DNA of 64,000 nucleotides, from assembly GCA_963847445.1 (NCBI GenBank), contig CAWJZV010000007.1, positions 96,001 through 160,000 on the forward strand, in the 5' to 3' direction. Of the stretch, positions 13,835-24,532 are shown piece after piece (the first letter of the stretch is position 1; each line of letters starts with the position of its first letter). The notes under the pieces are model-generated. The model was not told the DNA's origin. It saw only the letters and a list, made by a program, of their open reading frames with translations, and did no database searches. The translations under genes were made by a program, and so were the position numbers. The DNA is from an uncultured delta proteobacterium (GTDB lineage: Bacteria; Desulfobacterota; Binatia; UBA9968).

Positions 13835-13963
13835 ATGTCGATCACCCCGGTACATCAACGAGGCTACGCAAATCCGCAACTGCTTGCTGAAACGGAATGG
13901 CTCGCGAAACATATGGACGATCCCGCCGTCCGCATCGTCGATGCCCGTCCACCAGAGTTTTAG
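13835..13963 (+). pseudogene. Truncated sulfurtransferase (rhodanese) N-terminus
   Basis: MSITPVHQRGYANPQLLAETEWLAKHMDDPAVRIVDARPPEF* after strong GAGGAGG RBS. Confidence 0.7.
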
Positions 13964-13987
13964 CAATTCGATCACGCAATCCCGCAA

Positions 13988-15199
13988 CTACTGACTCTCC
14001 TCTGGCGGCCTCACATGGCGGAACACGGCGAAGATCCACAGATCGTAGACAATCTTGATTCCGCCCGCCAGCAGGAACGGCAATCCTAATGCTGGAACCG
14101 CGAGAATCGCGCCGGTGAATAACGGCGCAACCGCGGCGCCGGCGTTGCGCGCGACGGAGAGCACACCGGCCGCCGCGGCCCGCTCGTCGGCATCGACAAC
14201 GGCCATGGTGTAAGACTGCCGCGTCGGCACGTCCATTTGCGAGAGCGAGTAACGTAGCAGTAAAACCGCGGTGGCCCATTCCACGTTGGGCATCAGTGGC
14301 ACCAACAGAATCAGCAAGTTTGACGGCAGGTGGGTGAACACCATCGTGTTGAGTAAACCGATTCGGCGCGCGATCGCCGGCGCGGCGAGAAAGGACAGGG
14401 CGGCGAAAATATTGGTGCCGAAAAAGATCCCGCCCAGGGCGTTCAGATCGGTTTGGTAACGCAGATAAAACCAGTAAGCGACGATGCTCTGGACGATGAA
14501 TGCTCCGGCGAAAGCGTCGAGAGCGAAAAGCCCGGCGAGCTTGATGACGATGCCGCGGGATTTTTGCAGACCGAGCTGGCGTGCTGACGGTCGGGTTTTC
14601 TTTGGCGCTTCGACTTCAGGTGAGAGCAGGGTGAACAGCCCGGCAAGTAAAAGTGCCGAAGCGACGTAACCCCAGATCAAGAATCGGTAACCGGCAATCG
14701 CGGTCGTCAATGAGAAGAGCGACGGCAGGCTGACCGTCAACGCGCCCAGCGCGCCGGCGAAGGAGCCGACCAGATTGTACGCCGAGAAAACCGCGGTGCG
14801 GTGCCGATCGCTGGTGGCCTGCGGCAAGATCGCTTGTTCGAGTGAGAGAAACGGCCCGACTTCTTTTCCCGACGGGCTGATGGTGCCGAAGATTGCCGCG
14901 AGCGTCAGCACCATCGGATTGTCGCTGACGGCAAACGCCAAGCCGGCAAGCGCCATCAGCACTGCGCCGACGATCAGCAAAGTCTTTCGCCCAAAGCTGT
15001 CAGCCACCGCAGTGATGACGATCGTCATCACCGCGCCGCCGGCAAGGGCCGCAGTGAATATCCAGCCGATCGCCGTCGCGCTTAGGCCAATGGCGTCGAG
15101 ATAAAGTCCAAGGATGACCGAGAGAAAACCATACGCCAAAGAACGCACGCCGCAGCTGGCGAACAATAACCAACCGTCCCGGGAGAGGGGAAAACCCAT
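13988..15199 (-). CDS. MFS transporter
   Basis: About 12 hydrophobic segments; ADSFGRK, SPSGKEVGPF, SQMDVPTRQSY. Confidence 0.88.
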   Translation of the reverse strand: MGFPLSRDGWLLFASCGVRSLAYGFLSVILGLYLDAIGLSATAIGWIFTAALAGGAVMTIVITAVADSFGRKTLLIVGAVLMALAGLAFAVSDNPMVLTLAAIFGTISPSGKEVGPFLSLEQAILPQATSDRHRTAVFSAYNLVGSFAGALGALTVSLPSLFSLTTAIAGYRFLIWGYVASALLLAGLFTLLSPEVEAPKKTRPSARQLGLQKSRGIVIKLAGLFALDAFAGAFIVQSIVAYWFYLRYQTDLNALGGIFFGTNIFAALSFLAAPAIARRIGLLNTMVFTHLPSNLLILLVPLMPNVEWATAVLLLRYSLSQMDVPTRQSYTMAVVDADERAAAAGVLSVARNAGAAVAPLFTGAILAVPALGLPFLLAGGIKIVYDLWIFAVFRHVRPPEESQ

Positions 15200-15219
15200 C
15201 GAACTCGCTTGGGATCAGT

Positions 15220-15963
15220 TCACCGCGAACTGCCGCTGCCCATGGAGTTTAGCCGGCCGCCGTCCACCGGCAAGATCGAATTGGTAATGTAGCTCGCTTT
15301 ATCCGAGGCAAGAAACAACGCGGCCTCGGCGACATCTTCCGGCTGACCGATGCGGCGCAGGGGAATGATGTCGTATTCCGGTTTACGGCTGCCCATGTCC
15401 TTGGCACCGATCGGCGTACCGACCAGGCCGGAGATCAAACCATTAACCCGGATCGTTGGCGCCAGGTCGGCGGCGGCTTGTCGGGTTAGGGAATTCACCG
15501 CGCCCTTGGAAATCGAGTAGGCCGCGCCACCGGGGCTCGATCGCTCGCCGGAGGCGGCGGAAATATTGATGATGCTACCGTTGCCCTGCGCTTTCATCAT
15601 TTTGCCGGCATGTTGAATGCAGAGAAAGTAGCCGGTCAGGTTGATCGCCAGTATGCGGTTCCATTCTTCCAACGTAATGTCGAGGATACCGCCCTTGCTC
15701 GAGTGGGCGACGTTGTTGACGAGAATATCCAGGCCGCCATGTTTGGTCTTGATGTGATCGAACATCGCCTTGACTTGTTCAGCATCGGACACATCGGCGG
15801 CGAAAAAATCGCCGCCGATCTCCTCGGCAACTTTCTTGGCGTCCGCTTCATGGCGCGAATGCACCACGACTTTAGCGCCCTCGCGGGCGAACGCCCGCGC
15901 GATCGCCAGGCCGATATTATGAGTGGAGCCGGTAACCAAAGCGATTTTGTCTGCGAGCAACAT
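15220..15963 (-). CDS. Short-chain dehydrogenase/reductase
   Basis: VTGSTHNIG, YSISK catalytic motif, PVDGG. Confidence 0.9.
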   Translation of the reverse strand: MLLADKIALVTGSTHNIGLAIARAFAREGAKVVVHSRHEADAKKVAEEIGGDFFAADVSDAEQVKAMFDHIKTKHGGLDILVNNVAHSSKGGILDITLEEWNRILAINLTGYFLCIQHAGKMMKAQGNGSIINISAASGERSSPGGAAYSISKGAVNSLTRQAAADLAPTIRVNGLISGLVGTPIGAKDMGSRKPEYDIIPLRRIGQPEDVAEAALFLASDKASYITNSILPVDGGRLNSMGSGSSR

Positions 15964-16108
15964 GCAATACTCCTTGGGCTGTTGAAAGTTTGTAGCTATC
16001 TCAAGCCCGAGTGGCGGGCAATAATTTTTGCCGTAACGCTAATAGTGGACTAACCGTTGCGTCTAACCAACTGAAACCTCCATGCTGTGACAAACTGGAG
16101 TCTACAAT

Positions 16109-16393
16109 ATGACCAACCAAGGTTTCGCCGGCACCGTCGGTCTCAGTTCGGCGATGGCAATCCTTCTTGCCTTCACCGGCTGCTCAAGCCGATCGACTAA
16201 GCTGATTCACCCGCAAAGCGGCGCCACCGCCGAGTGCAGCGCCAACGGTTTCGCTGTCGGCGTCAGCATCGCCGACGGCATCGTCGGCGGCTGCAGCCGG
16301 GCCTACGAAGAGCGCGGCTACGTGCCGTTGGAACGGCTCCAACCCGATGAGCGCGCCAGTCTGGAGCGGCGCGGCCTGCTGGGTAAAAATTAG
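16109..16393 (+). CDS. Small hypothetical lipoprotein
   Basis: Lipobox-like FTGC, two further Cys, GGAG RBS. Confidence 0.6.
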   Translation: MTNQGFAGTVGLSSAMAILLAFTGCSSRSTKLIHPQSGATAECSANGFAVGVSIADGIVGGCSRAYEERGYVPLERLQPDERASLERRGLLGKN

Positions 16394-16449
16394 TTGCGGG
16401 CAAATCCGTAGCGGCAACGGTCGAACACTAGGCAGCCGGCGAAGCTGCG

Positions 16450-17460
16450 TCATCCGCCGAGCGAGATCATTTCGATTTTCTTATGGTTTTTGGGATCGTA
16501 GTTCGACGAATTGAGCGCGGTCAGACGATCGGCTGAATAACGGTCGGTGCGCCCAGACCAGATCTTAGCGATGAACTGGCCAATCTCGTCGTCGCTGGCA
16601 CCGCTGCGTAGCTGCGCCTTCAAGTCATGACCGACATCGGAAAATAGGCAGGTGACGAATTTCCCGTCGGCGGTAATCCGCGACCGCGTGCAGCTTGAAC
16701 AAAATGGTTCGGTCACCGAAGCGATCACGCCGATATCGCCCTGGCCGTCGAGGAATTCGTAATCCACCGACGGCGCGCTGCCCTGGTCGCGGCCGATTTC
16801 CCGCAGCGGATAGCGGGCGTGGATCGTTTCGATAATCTGTTTTTTCGCCACCAATTTTGCCGAAGTCCAGTTGTTCGAGTTGCCGACATCCATGTACTCG
16901 ATGAAACGCATGGCAAAGCCGTTGGCGCGGGAGAACTCCACGAGCGGCAAGATATCGTCGTCGTTGACGCCGCGCTCGATCACGGCGTTGAGCTTGAGCG
17001 GCGCCATACCGGCGGCTTTGGCGGCAAAGATTCCTTCGAGCACTTTGTCGAGGTCGCCGCGCTTGGTCATGCGTTTGAACTTATCGGCATCCAGGGTATC
17101 GATGCTGACATTCACCCGTTTCAGTCCGGCTTTGGCGAGGGCGCCGATTTGACTGGCCAACAGCGCGCCATTGGTGGTCAGACAAAGGTCCATGAGGCCG
17201 TCCAGCGGCGCGAGTTTTTCGATCAATCGATGCAGGTCTTGGCGCACCAGCGGCTCGCCGCCGGTGAGGCGAATCTTTTCGACGCCGCGCTCGATAAAGA
17301 GCTTGGCGATGCGGGCGATTTCTTCGAAGGTCAAAATCTCTTTCTTATCGATCCACTCGTACTCATCCATCGGCATGCAGTAGGTGCAGCGGAAATTACA
17401 CCGGTCGGTGACCGAAATGCGCAGGTCCTTGAGCGGCCGATTGAAGCTGTCGGTGATCAT
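16450..17460 (-). CDS. moaA: GTP 3',8-cyclase MoaA
   Basis: CNFRCTYC radical SAM motif, FCSSCTR...TCLF, C-terminal LGG. Confidence 0.95.
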   Translation of the reverse strand: MITDSFNRPLKDLRISVTDRCNFRCTYCMPMDEYEWIDKKEILTFEEIARIAKLFIERGVEKIRLTGGEPLVRQDLHRLIEKLAPLDGLMDLCLTTNGALLASQIGALAKAGLKRVNVSIDTLDADKFKRMTKRGDLDKVLEGIFAAKAAGMAPLKLNAVIERGVNDDDILPLVEFSRANGFAMRFIEYMDVGNSNNWTSAKLVAKKQIIETIHARYPLREIGRDQGSAPSVDYEFLDGQGDIGVIASVTEPFCSSCTRSRITADGKFVTCLFSDVGHDLKAQLRSGASDDEIGQFIAKIWSGRTDRYSADRLTALNSSNYDPKNHKKIEMISLGG

Positions 17461-17565
17461 CGCAGTAACTATGCAACAAAGGGGTAGGGGGTTCAAGCTC
17501 GCGCTTTTTTCGCTGGAAAATCATTGCTTTGCCGGATTTGGCCGATCTGTTATTCTATTTCGGCA

Positions 17566-19104
17566 ATGAGCCTGCGCCAGCAACAAATCGCCGTCTTTTG
17601 CGCCACGGTGGTAGTCATTTTCGGCCTACTCGGTGCCGGTATCTGGTTGATCGCCCAGCGCTTAACCGCCGAAGCGACCTTGCAGACCGCGTTGTTAATG
17701 GCGCGCCAGGTCGAGATCGCCCTGGCTGATAGCTTGCGCGAGCGCCCGGTGATCGTCCAGCGCCAGCAGCAGGCACAAAAAGCGCCGGCGTCATTCTGGG
17801 GATTTCTCGGCAATGTTTTCGATGGCCGCCGGTCGGCACCATCCTCGACCACCACGACCACCCGCTACAGCGCGCCGCGCCATGACGATGTCCGCGGCCT
17901 GATGCGCGCCTTCGTCGACCGGAGCGCCAGTATCGAAGCCATGTGGGTGGTCAACGGCGACGGGCAGTTGCTGTACACGTCAGTCGCTGGCGATGGCGAG
18001 AAGTCGCCGTCGACGACTCTGGTCATGAATAAATTGCGCAACGGCGAAACTCTCACCAGCACCAAACGCCAGGGCAATAACGACTATTACGATGTCTGGG
18101 TGCCCTTGCAGATGCCTCAAGGCGTGCGCAGTCCAGGCGGGTTGCGGCTCTGGCTCAACCCAGCCGATTGGACGGGGCTGCTATCCGGACTATGGCACCA
18201 GCTGACTTTACTGTTCGTCCTCGGCGGTGGCGTGGCGCTGGTGGCGGCGTTTCTGACCACGACGCTCTATACGCGCCGTTTTCGCCTGATCGCCGACACC
18301 CTGCGCCAAGCCGAAGCCGGCACCTACGCGGCCCGTCCGCAGTATGGCAGCCAGGACGAAGTCGGCGTTAGTTTGGACTTGATCGATCGCCTGGTCATGA
18401 AGCAGCGCAAAAACGTCGGCGCGCCCGCGCCGGTACAGCGGCTAGCGATCGCGGCGCGAACGCTGGCCCATGAAGTCAAAACGCCGCTCAACGCCTTGGC
18501 CATCCATCTCGAAGTCTTGCGCAACAAGTTGACGTCGGAAGAGGACAACGATCAGCAATCCCAACGCTCGATCACCGCCTTGGACTCGAGCATTCGCCAG
18601 GTCGACCGTCTGGTGCGCGACTTTACCGACTATTCCGCGCCGGTAACCATGGAGCGGAAACCGATCGACGTCGCCGCCGTGTTGCACACCAGCTTGGAAG
18701 CGATCGGTTCGGCGTGCCAGGCGAAGAAGATAAATTTAATGAAAGAACTCGCCCCCGGCCCCTGGCAGGTTTCCGGCGATGCCACGCGTTTGCGCCAGAC
18801 CTTCGACAATCTTTTGCGCAACGCCATGGAAGCCCAGCCCGACGGCGGCGAAGTCATTGTCAGCGCCAAAGCGCAAAGCGCTCAGCTGATCATCGACATC
18901 AGCGACGCCGGCCCCGGCGTGCCGCCCGACCAGCGTGGCGAAATCTTCGAGTTCGGCAAAACCACCAAAGCCACAGGCAGCGGCATCGGCTTGCCGTTGA
19001 GTCAGTTGATCGTCGAATCCCACGGCGGCTCGCTGGTTTATCAAGAGCGCAACGGCAGCGGCGCGACCTTTCGTGTGCAATTACCCATGGAGGCAGTTGT
19101 TTAA
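17566..19104 (+). CDS. Sensor histidine kinase
   Basis: Two TM segments, AHEVKTPL H-box, NLLRNA, DAGPG, GSGIGL. Confidence 0.92.
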   Translation: MSLRQQQIAVFCATVVVIFGLLGAGIWLIAQRLTAEATLQTALLMARQVEIALADSLRERPVIVQRQQQAQKAPASFWGFLGNVFDGRRSAPSSTTTTTRYSAPRHDDVRGLMRAFVDRSASIEAMWVVNGDGQLLYTSVAGDGEKSPSTTLVMNKLRNGETLTSTKRQGNNDYYDVWVPLQMPQGVRSPGGLRLWLNPADWTGLLSGLWHQLTLLFVLGGGVALVAAFLTTTLYTRRFRLIADTLRQAEAGTYAARPQYGSQDEVGVSLDLIDRLVMKQRKNVGAPAPVQRLAIAARTLAHEVKTPLNALAIHLEVLRNKLTSEEDNDQQSQRSITALDSSIRQVDRLVRDFTDYSAPVTMERKPIDVAAVLHTSLEAIGSACQAKKINLMKELAPGPWQVSGDATRLRQTFDNLLRNAMEAQPDGGEVIVSAKAQSAQLIIDISDAGPGVPPDQRGEIFEFGKTTKATGSGIGLPLSQLIVESHGGSLVYQERNGSGATFRVQLPMEAVV

Positions 19105-20462
19105 ATGGCCCGTCCACGTCCCACGTTCTGGTCGTCGATGACGATCGCAGCGACCCGCCAGGGTCTAACCGTTTTACTCGACAGCTGGGGTTATCAGGCC
19201 AGCGAGGCCGAAGACGGCAAGGCTGCGCTGGCCGCTTGCGACCGAGAACTGCCCCAAGCGATCGTCACCGACTTGATGATGCCGGGGATGACCGGCTTGG
19301 AGTTCGTCGCTGCCCTGGGCGAGCGCGTGCAACAAGCCGCGGTGGTTTTCGTCACCGGTCAGGCGGCCATCGACACCGCGGTCCAAGCGATCAAGCTTGG
19401 CGCCTATGATTACCTGTCGAAACCTTTGGAGCCACAGCGCTTGCGCGACGGTGCTCGAAAAAGCTCTGAAGCAAATTACCCTGTCGCGTGAAACCGGCGC
19501 GCTGCGCCAGCGGTTGGAGTCGCCGCTCGGTTCCTACGGCGCCTTGATCGGCAAGTCGGCGCCCATGCGCAAGCTCTATCAACAGATCGGCCAGATCGCC
19601 GCCACCGATGCGGCGGTGCTGGTGAGCGGCGAGAGCGGCACGGGTAAAGAATTGGTCGCGCAAACTTTGCACGATCTATCGCCGCGCCGCGATGGCAACT
19701 TTCTCGCCCTCAACTGCGCGGCGATCTCACCGACGCTGATGGAAAGCGAGCTGTTCGGTCACGAGAAGGGCGCCTTTACCAGCGCCGTCGATCGTCATCT
19801 CGGCTGTTTCGAACAAGCCGACGGCGGCACGCTGTTTCTCGACGAAATCACCGAAATGGCGTTGGAGGTGCAGCCAAAATTCTTGCGCGTGCTCGAGGAA
19901 GGCCAGATACGGCGTATCGGCGGCAATAAAAATATTCAAGTTTCCGTGCGCGTGGTCGCGGCGACCAACCGCCAACCTTTAACAGCCGTAAAAGACGGCA
20001 AGCTGCGCCAGGATCTGTTTTACCGGCTGAACGTGTTTTATCTGGAACTGCCGCCTCTGCGCGAGCGCGGCTGAGGATATCGAGCTGCTCGCCGGATATT
20101 TTCTCGAATCCTTCGCGGCGAAGTATCAAAAGGCCAAACTCCCTTGGTCAAGCGATTTTGGCGCCGCCTTGCGCAGCCATCACTGGCCCGGCAACGTCCG
20201 CGAGTTGCGCAATGCCATGGAGCGCTTGACGGTTTTAACTAGCGGAGCGAGTTTGACCGCAGCGGACTTCAAACAGTTTTGCCTGTCGACGTTGGTCGAA
20301 GAAGCCTCCGATCTCGCGCCCATGTCCCTCGCCGAAGCCGAGCGCGTCGCGATCGAACGCGCGCTTGCGGCGACGGCTGGGAATAAGACCCACGCCGCCC
20401 AGCTGCTCGGCATCACGCCGAAAACATTGAACGCCAAACTGACCCTCTACTCGCACGAGTAA
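19105..20462 (+). CDS. Sigma-54-dependent NtrC-family response regulator, several frameshifts
   Basis: [45 protein letters not shown]-terminal HTH. Confidence 0.9.
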
Positions 20463-20515
20463 TTTTCTCCCTCGGCATAACTTTTTTTCCATTCCTATCC
20501 GCGCCTGGCGCGCGC

Positions 20516-20562
20516 CAAGTGGTTGATTCTATTTCCATCCGTGCCTTTGGCATAGCCATTGC
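20516..20562 (+). promoter_or_regulatory. Sigma-54 promoter with upstream IHF site
   Basis: TGGCAT-agcca-TTGC at 20548-20562; reverse-strand AATCAACCACTTG at 20516-20528 matches WATCAANNNNTTR. Confidence 0.8.
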
Positions 20563-20625
20563 CATGCGTTAGAAGCGGAAGGCTGAGCAGAACCTTGGCG
20601 CAAACTCTGAGCGAGGAGCGGAGCG

Positions 20626-21287
20626 ATGGAGAAATATTTAAGGACTTTGCTGTTGCTGCAAGCGTTGCTGGTGGTTTTTGCCACATCCGGCGCGCACGCC
20701 TTGCGCAAGGATCGGCGCGATGCCGAGCGTGCTAAACCCCGCGCCGAACAGCAGTTGGATCGAATTCGCAGTGTCATGCTGCCGCTCTTGCAGGCGACCG
20801 ATCAGCGCATCGCCGTTGAAGATGTTCGGCTCACCATCGTCGATGAAGCCAAGATCAACGCCGCCAGTGGCGGCAATGGCCAGTTCTACGTCACCACCGG
20901 CTTACTACGGCAAGCCAGCGACGAGCAACTGCGCGGCGTCCTCGCCCATGAGATCGCCCATGAAGATCTCGGTCATCCCACCAAAGCGCAGGTGCTCGGC
21001 GCTGGGGTCGGCTTGGGTGCAGCTTTGTTGGAAAAAGTATTTCCCGGCTAGCGGTGCCATCGCACCCATCGCGGGAACCCTGGTCACCGGCCACTATAGC
21101 CGGCCCATGGAATTGGCCGCCGACCGCCACGCCATCAAGCTGCTCCAGCGCGCCGGCTATTCGAAGAACACCATGCTCAATACCCTCGCCTGGCTGATGC
21201 AGCTGTAATGGCGACACCGGCGGCGGTATTTTCGCCACCCATCCGGCCATCTCGGAGCGCATTCAGGCCTTGCAAGCGCGCCGTTAA
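20626..21287 (+). CDS. M48-family metallopeptidase, frameshifted
   Basis: Signal peptide, INAAS, GVLAHEIAH HExxH, ELAAD, ATHP..SERI. Confidence 0.85.
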
Positions 21288-21380
21288 ACGGTTGGTAATT
21301 TCTTCTTGGCAGCACCCGTTATTACCAAGCTAGATTCCTACGTCGATTCGCTAAGCGGTTGGAATATTGACGATTCTCTC

Positions 21381-21397
21381 TTGGCATTGGGGTTGCT
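21381..21397 (+). promoter_or_regulatory. Second sigma-54 promoter
   Basis: TTGGCAT-tgggg-TTGCT with canonical -24/-12 spacing. Confidence 0.8.
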
Positions 21398-21442
21398 GTA
21401 TAGGTCAATCAGAGACCTAGCAGGCGAAAGGAGATAGCGATC

Positions 21443-21607
21443 ATGAGTAGCAATAGTCCAGTGAAGATTTTAGCACTGCTTGGGGAAATGGCGCGCTGCC
21501 TCAATCAGAACCTGTCCAAGGTAAGAATTACCCCGATCGATTCGGCGTTTACTGTCAGCCCAACCACGGCAATAGCGACGCCTTCGGCGCAATCTTCGCA
21601 AGACTAA
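21443..21607 (+). CDS. Small hypothetical protein (54 aa), absent from the ORF track
   Basis: AAGGAG RBS; MSSNSPVKILALLGEMARCLNQ...; directly after the sigma-54 promoter. Confidence 0.45.
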   Translation: MSSNSPVKILALLGEMARCLNQNLSKVRITPIDSAFTVSPTTAIATPSAQSSQD

Positions 21608-21619
21608 AGAGGTTCGGTC

Positions 21620-21910
21620 GTGAAGCTGAAAAACCGTACCGTTGTTATGCTGATTCTCGGTGCGCTGCTAATCAGTGCCGGCAGTCAAGCCGCGGCCAAA
21701 GATCAGAGTAAACATTTAACCAACCACCGCGACGACAAAGCCGCTACCCAGATGAGCGGCAAGGGCAGCGCGAATCACAATGCCCAGTGGTCCGCCGATC
21801 CGACCCGCGGTTGGGTGCGGGCTGACGAGCGGCAGGAACTGCGGAAACCGAGCGTGGCGGCGAAAATCGCGACAAAGCGAAACGAGAAAACTAAAGGAAA
21901 AGGCTATTAG
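21620..21910 (+). CDS. Small secreted hypothetical protein
   Basis: GAGG RBS, signal peptide ending AAA, basic body. Confidence 0.6.
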   Translation: MKLKNRTVVMLILGALLISAGSQAAAKDQSKHLTNHRDDKAATQMSGKGSANHNAQWSADPTRGWVRADERQELRKPSVAAKIATKRNEKTKGKGY

Positions 21911-21978
21911 GGGAGAGATCGAGAGGAAGAAGCATATGATAAGCAGGAAAGCATTATATCAGAGGAACGGCAGCGAGC

Positions 21979-22293
21979 ATGATGACGGTGACAATTCTAT
22001 TGTCGGGTTGCTCCGGCGGCTCGCTCAGCACCAGAGAAAAAGGTGCGGGTATCGGTGCCCTCGGCGGCGCAGCGGCCGGAGGAATCGTCGGCGCCGCGGT
22101 GCGGCGGCCGGCGGCGGGAGCTCTCATCGGCGGCGCCCTGGGTCTCGGTGCCGGCGCTCTGGTCGGCGATCAGCTGCAAGGCCATGAGAACACCAACTCC
22201 CAGCAGCAGCAGCAGATCAATCGCAACCAAGCCGAGATCGAGCGCCAGCGTCAAGAGATCCAGCGCATGCAGCGCCAGCGTGCCGAGTACTAA
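21979..22293 (+). CDS. Glycine-zipper lipoprotein (true start probably slightly upstream)
   Basis: LSGC lipobox, GAGIGALGGAAAGGIVG...GALVGD, Gln-rich coiled coil. Confidence 0.8.
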   Translation: MMTVTILLSGCSGGSLSTREKGAGIGALGGAAAGGIVGAAVRRPAAGALIGGALGLGAGALVGDQLQGHENTNSQQQQQINRNQAEIERQRQEIQRMQRQRAEY

Positions 22294-22410
22294 CTCGCGC
22301 CACAGTTAAATAAACCAGCTTCTTGCGATTGACAGAATCCATCCGGAGTGACTAATCTCGGGCCGTTGATCACTTCAACGGCCCGAGATTTTTTTTCAGG
22401 AGGATTAACC

Positions 22411-23415
22411 ATGAATACCATCGATGCCGACGGCCATATCGTCGAGACCAATAGCGATATCAGAAAATATCTTGTCGATCCCTACAATAAGCGCGGCGGT
22501 CCGCTGCTGCCGTCGGACGGTTTGGACACGGGGCTGGGCGGTTTGGTTGGCGGTCTAGAACACGTCGACATCCCGACCCGACTCAGTGACATGGACAAAG
22601 AGGGGATCGATGTCGCGGTGCTTTTTCCCACCAGCAGTTTCGCCGTCAACGGTTTCATGGAACGGGACTATGCGGTGGCTTACGCCCGCGCGTACAATGA
22701 TTATGTCGCCGACGTGTGTAAACAAAGTCCGCGTCTCAAAGCGGTCGGGTTGGTCGCGTTGCAGGATCCCGAGGCGGCGGTCGCCGAGGCCAATCGCGCG
22801 GTAACCAAGCTTGGCCTCAGTTCGATCGCGGTGGCGACCCAAGGCATGAAAGAGCATCTGGGATCGAAGAGTTTCTGGCCGCTTTATGAAGAAATGCAGC
22901 GATTGAATGTCCCGCTCAGCGTGCACAATCGGCGCGAGGGTCCCGCGGGTGACAAACGTTTCGACAGTTTTATTTTCATGCACACCATCGGTCGTCCCGT
23001 CGAGACTTTCATTCAGTTTGCCGGTTTGATGTATGCCGGCATTCCCGAGAAGTTTCCCAAACTGCGGGTCTCGTTTCTCGAATGCGGCGTGGGTTGGGCT
23101 CCCTATTGGATCGAACGGATGGATGAGGAATGGGAGAAGCGCGGCAAAGTCGAAACGCCGCTGTGCAAACACAAGCCAAGTGAATATATCGGCCAGGGCA
23201 ACTGGTTTTTCGCCTTCGAGCCGGAGGAAGAGACGCTGCCCTACGCCATCGAACGCATTGGCGACGACAAGATCCTTTTCGCCTCGGACTATCCGCACTG
23301 GGACGGCATGTTTCCTAATGTGACGAAAACCATTCGCGGCCGTAAGGATATTTCCGAACAAGCGAAAAACCGGCTCTTGGGAGAAAATGCCAAACGGCTC
23401 TACGGCTGGAACTAA
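22411..23415 (+). CDS. Amidohydrolase_2 family protein
   Basis: IDADGH, MDKEGID..VLFPT, FLECG, FASDYPHWD. Confidence 0.9.
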   Translation: MNTIDADGHIVETNSDIRKYLVDPYNKRGGPLLPSDGLDTGLGGLVGGLEHVDIPTRLSDMDKEGIDVAVLFPTSSFAVNGFMERDYAVAYARAYNDYVADVCKQSPRLKAVGLVALQDPEAAVAEANRAVTKLGLSSIAVATQGMKEHLGSKSFWPLYEEMQRLNVPLSVHNRREGPAGDKRFDSFIFMHTIGRPVETFIQFAGLMYAGIPEKFPKLRVSFLECGVGWAPYWIERMDEEWEKRGKVETPLCKHKPSEYIGQGNWFFAFEPEEETLPYAIERIGDDKILFASDYPHWDGMFPNVTKTIRGRKDISEQAKNRLLGENAKRLYGWN

Positions 23416-23419
23416 TTCG

Positions 23420-24424
23420 ATGGGCCGTCGATGGTTCGGTTTCTTGTTGCTGGCGCTGAGCCTTGTTCCAGCAGCCTCCGCCTTCGCGGCCGATGCTCAG
23501 CCCCTGCGCAAAGTGCGCATGGCGTTCACCTCGCTGTCGTCGGTCATGTGTCCGCCTTGGATCGCCCGCGAGCTGGGGATTTTCAATAAACATGGCTTGG
23601 ACGTCGAAGTCATCGCCACTCCCACCGGCGTCGAAGGCATGAACGCGCTGATCGCCGGCGAAGTGCAGTTCTTGCAAATCTCCGGCGGCACCACCGCCAG
23701 CGCGGCCTTGGGCGGCGCCGATGTCATGGTCGTCGGCACGACCCTCGACGCGCTCGTGCAAAGTCTGATGGCGCGGCCGGAGATCGAGAAGGCGGAACAG
23801 CTCAAAGGCAAATCCGTCGGCATCACCCGCTTCGGCACGTCAATCGATGTCGGCGCGCGCATGGCGCTCAAGCATTTCGGTCTGGTGCCGGAGAAAGAAG
23901 TCGCCATCGTCCAGGTCGGCGGCATGGAGTCGATGGTCACCGCATTGCAGACCAATCGCATTCAAGCCGGCATTCTTTCCTATCCGGCGATCACCCAGGC
24001 CTTGAAGCTTGGCCACCACACGCTTACTCGACGTCGCGTCGTTGGGCATTCCTTACGCCTTCACCGGCATGACCACCCGCGGCCGTTTGATTAAAGAGGA
24101 CGCCGATCTGGTGCGCCGCTACATGATGGCGCAGACCGAAGCGATCGCCCGCGCCAAGCGCGACAAGAATCATGGCCCTCAAAGTCATGGGCAAATATCT
24201 GCGCACGACCAATCCCAACGCCCTCGCCGAGTCCTATGACATCGACGTGCAAAAATACCTGCTGCGCGTGCCGCTGACCACGGCGGAAGCGATGAAATCG
24301 GTGCTCGACGATCTCGCCGGGAGAATCCCGAAAGCCAAGGACGCCGACCCGAAGAAAATTCTTCGACGACAGCTTCGTGCGGCAAATGCAGTCCAGCGGT
24401 TTCATCGACGCCCTCTACAAATAG
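23420..24424 (+). CDS. ABC-type substrate-binding protein (NMT1/THI5/SsuA-like), frameshifted
   Basis: Signal peptide, GIFNKHGLDVE, LKGKSVGITRFG. Confidence 0.8.
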
Positions 24425-24532
24425 CTGCGCGTGCTATCGCAAACGTCAAAATCCAACCCATGGCGCGGTTTGACCCCACGCTCTCTGCCTGTTATATAAG
24501 AAATTATCGATAGATGCTGGAGGTAGGGTTTC

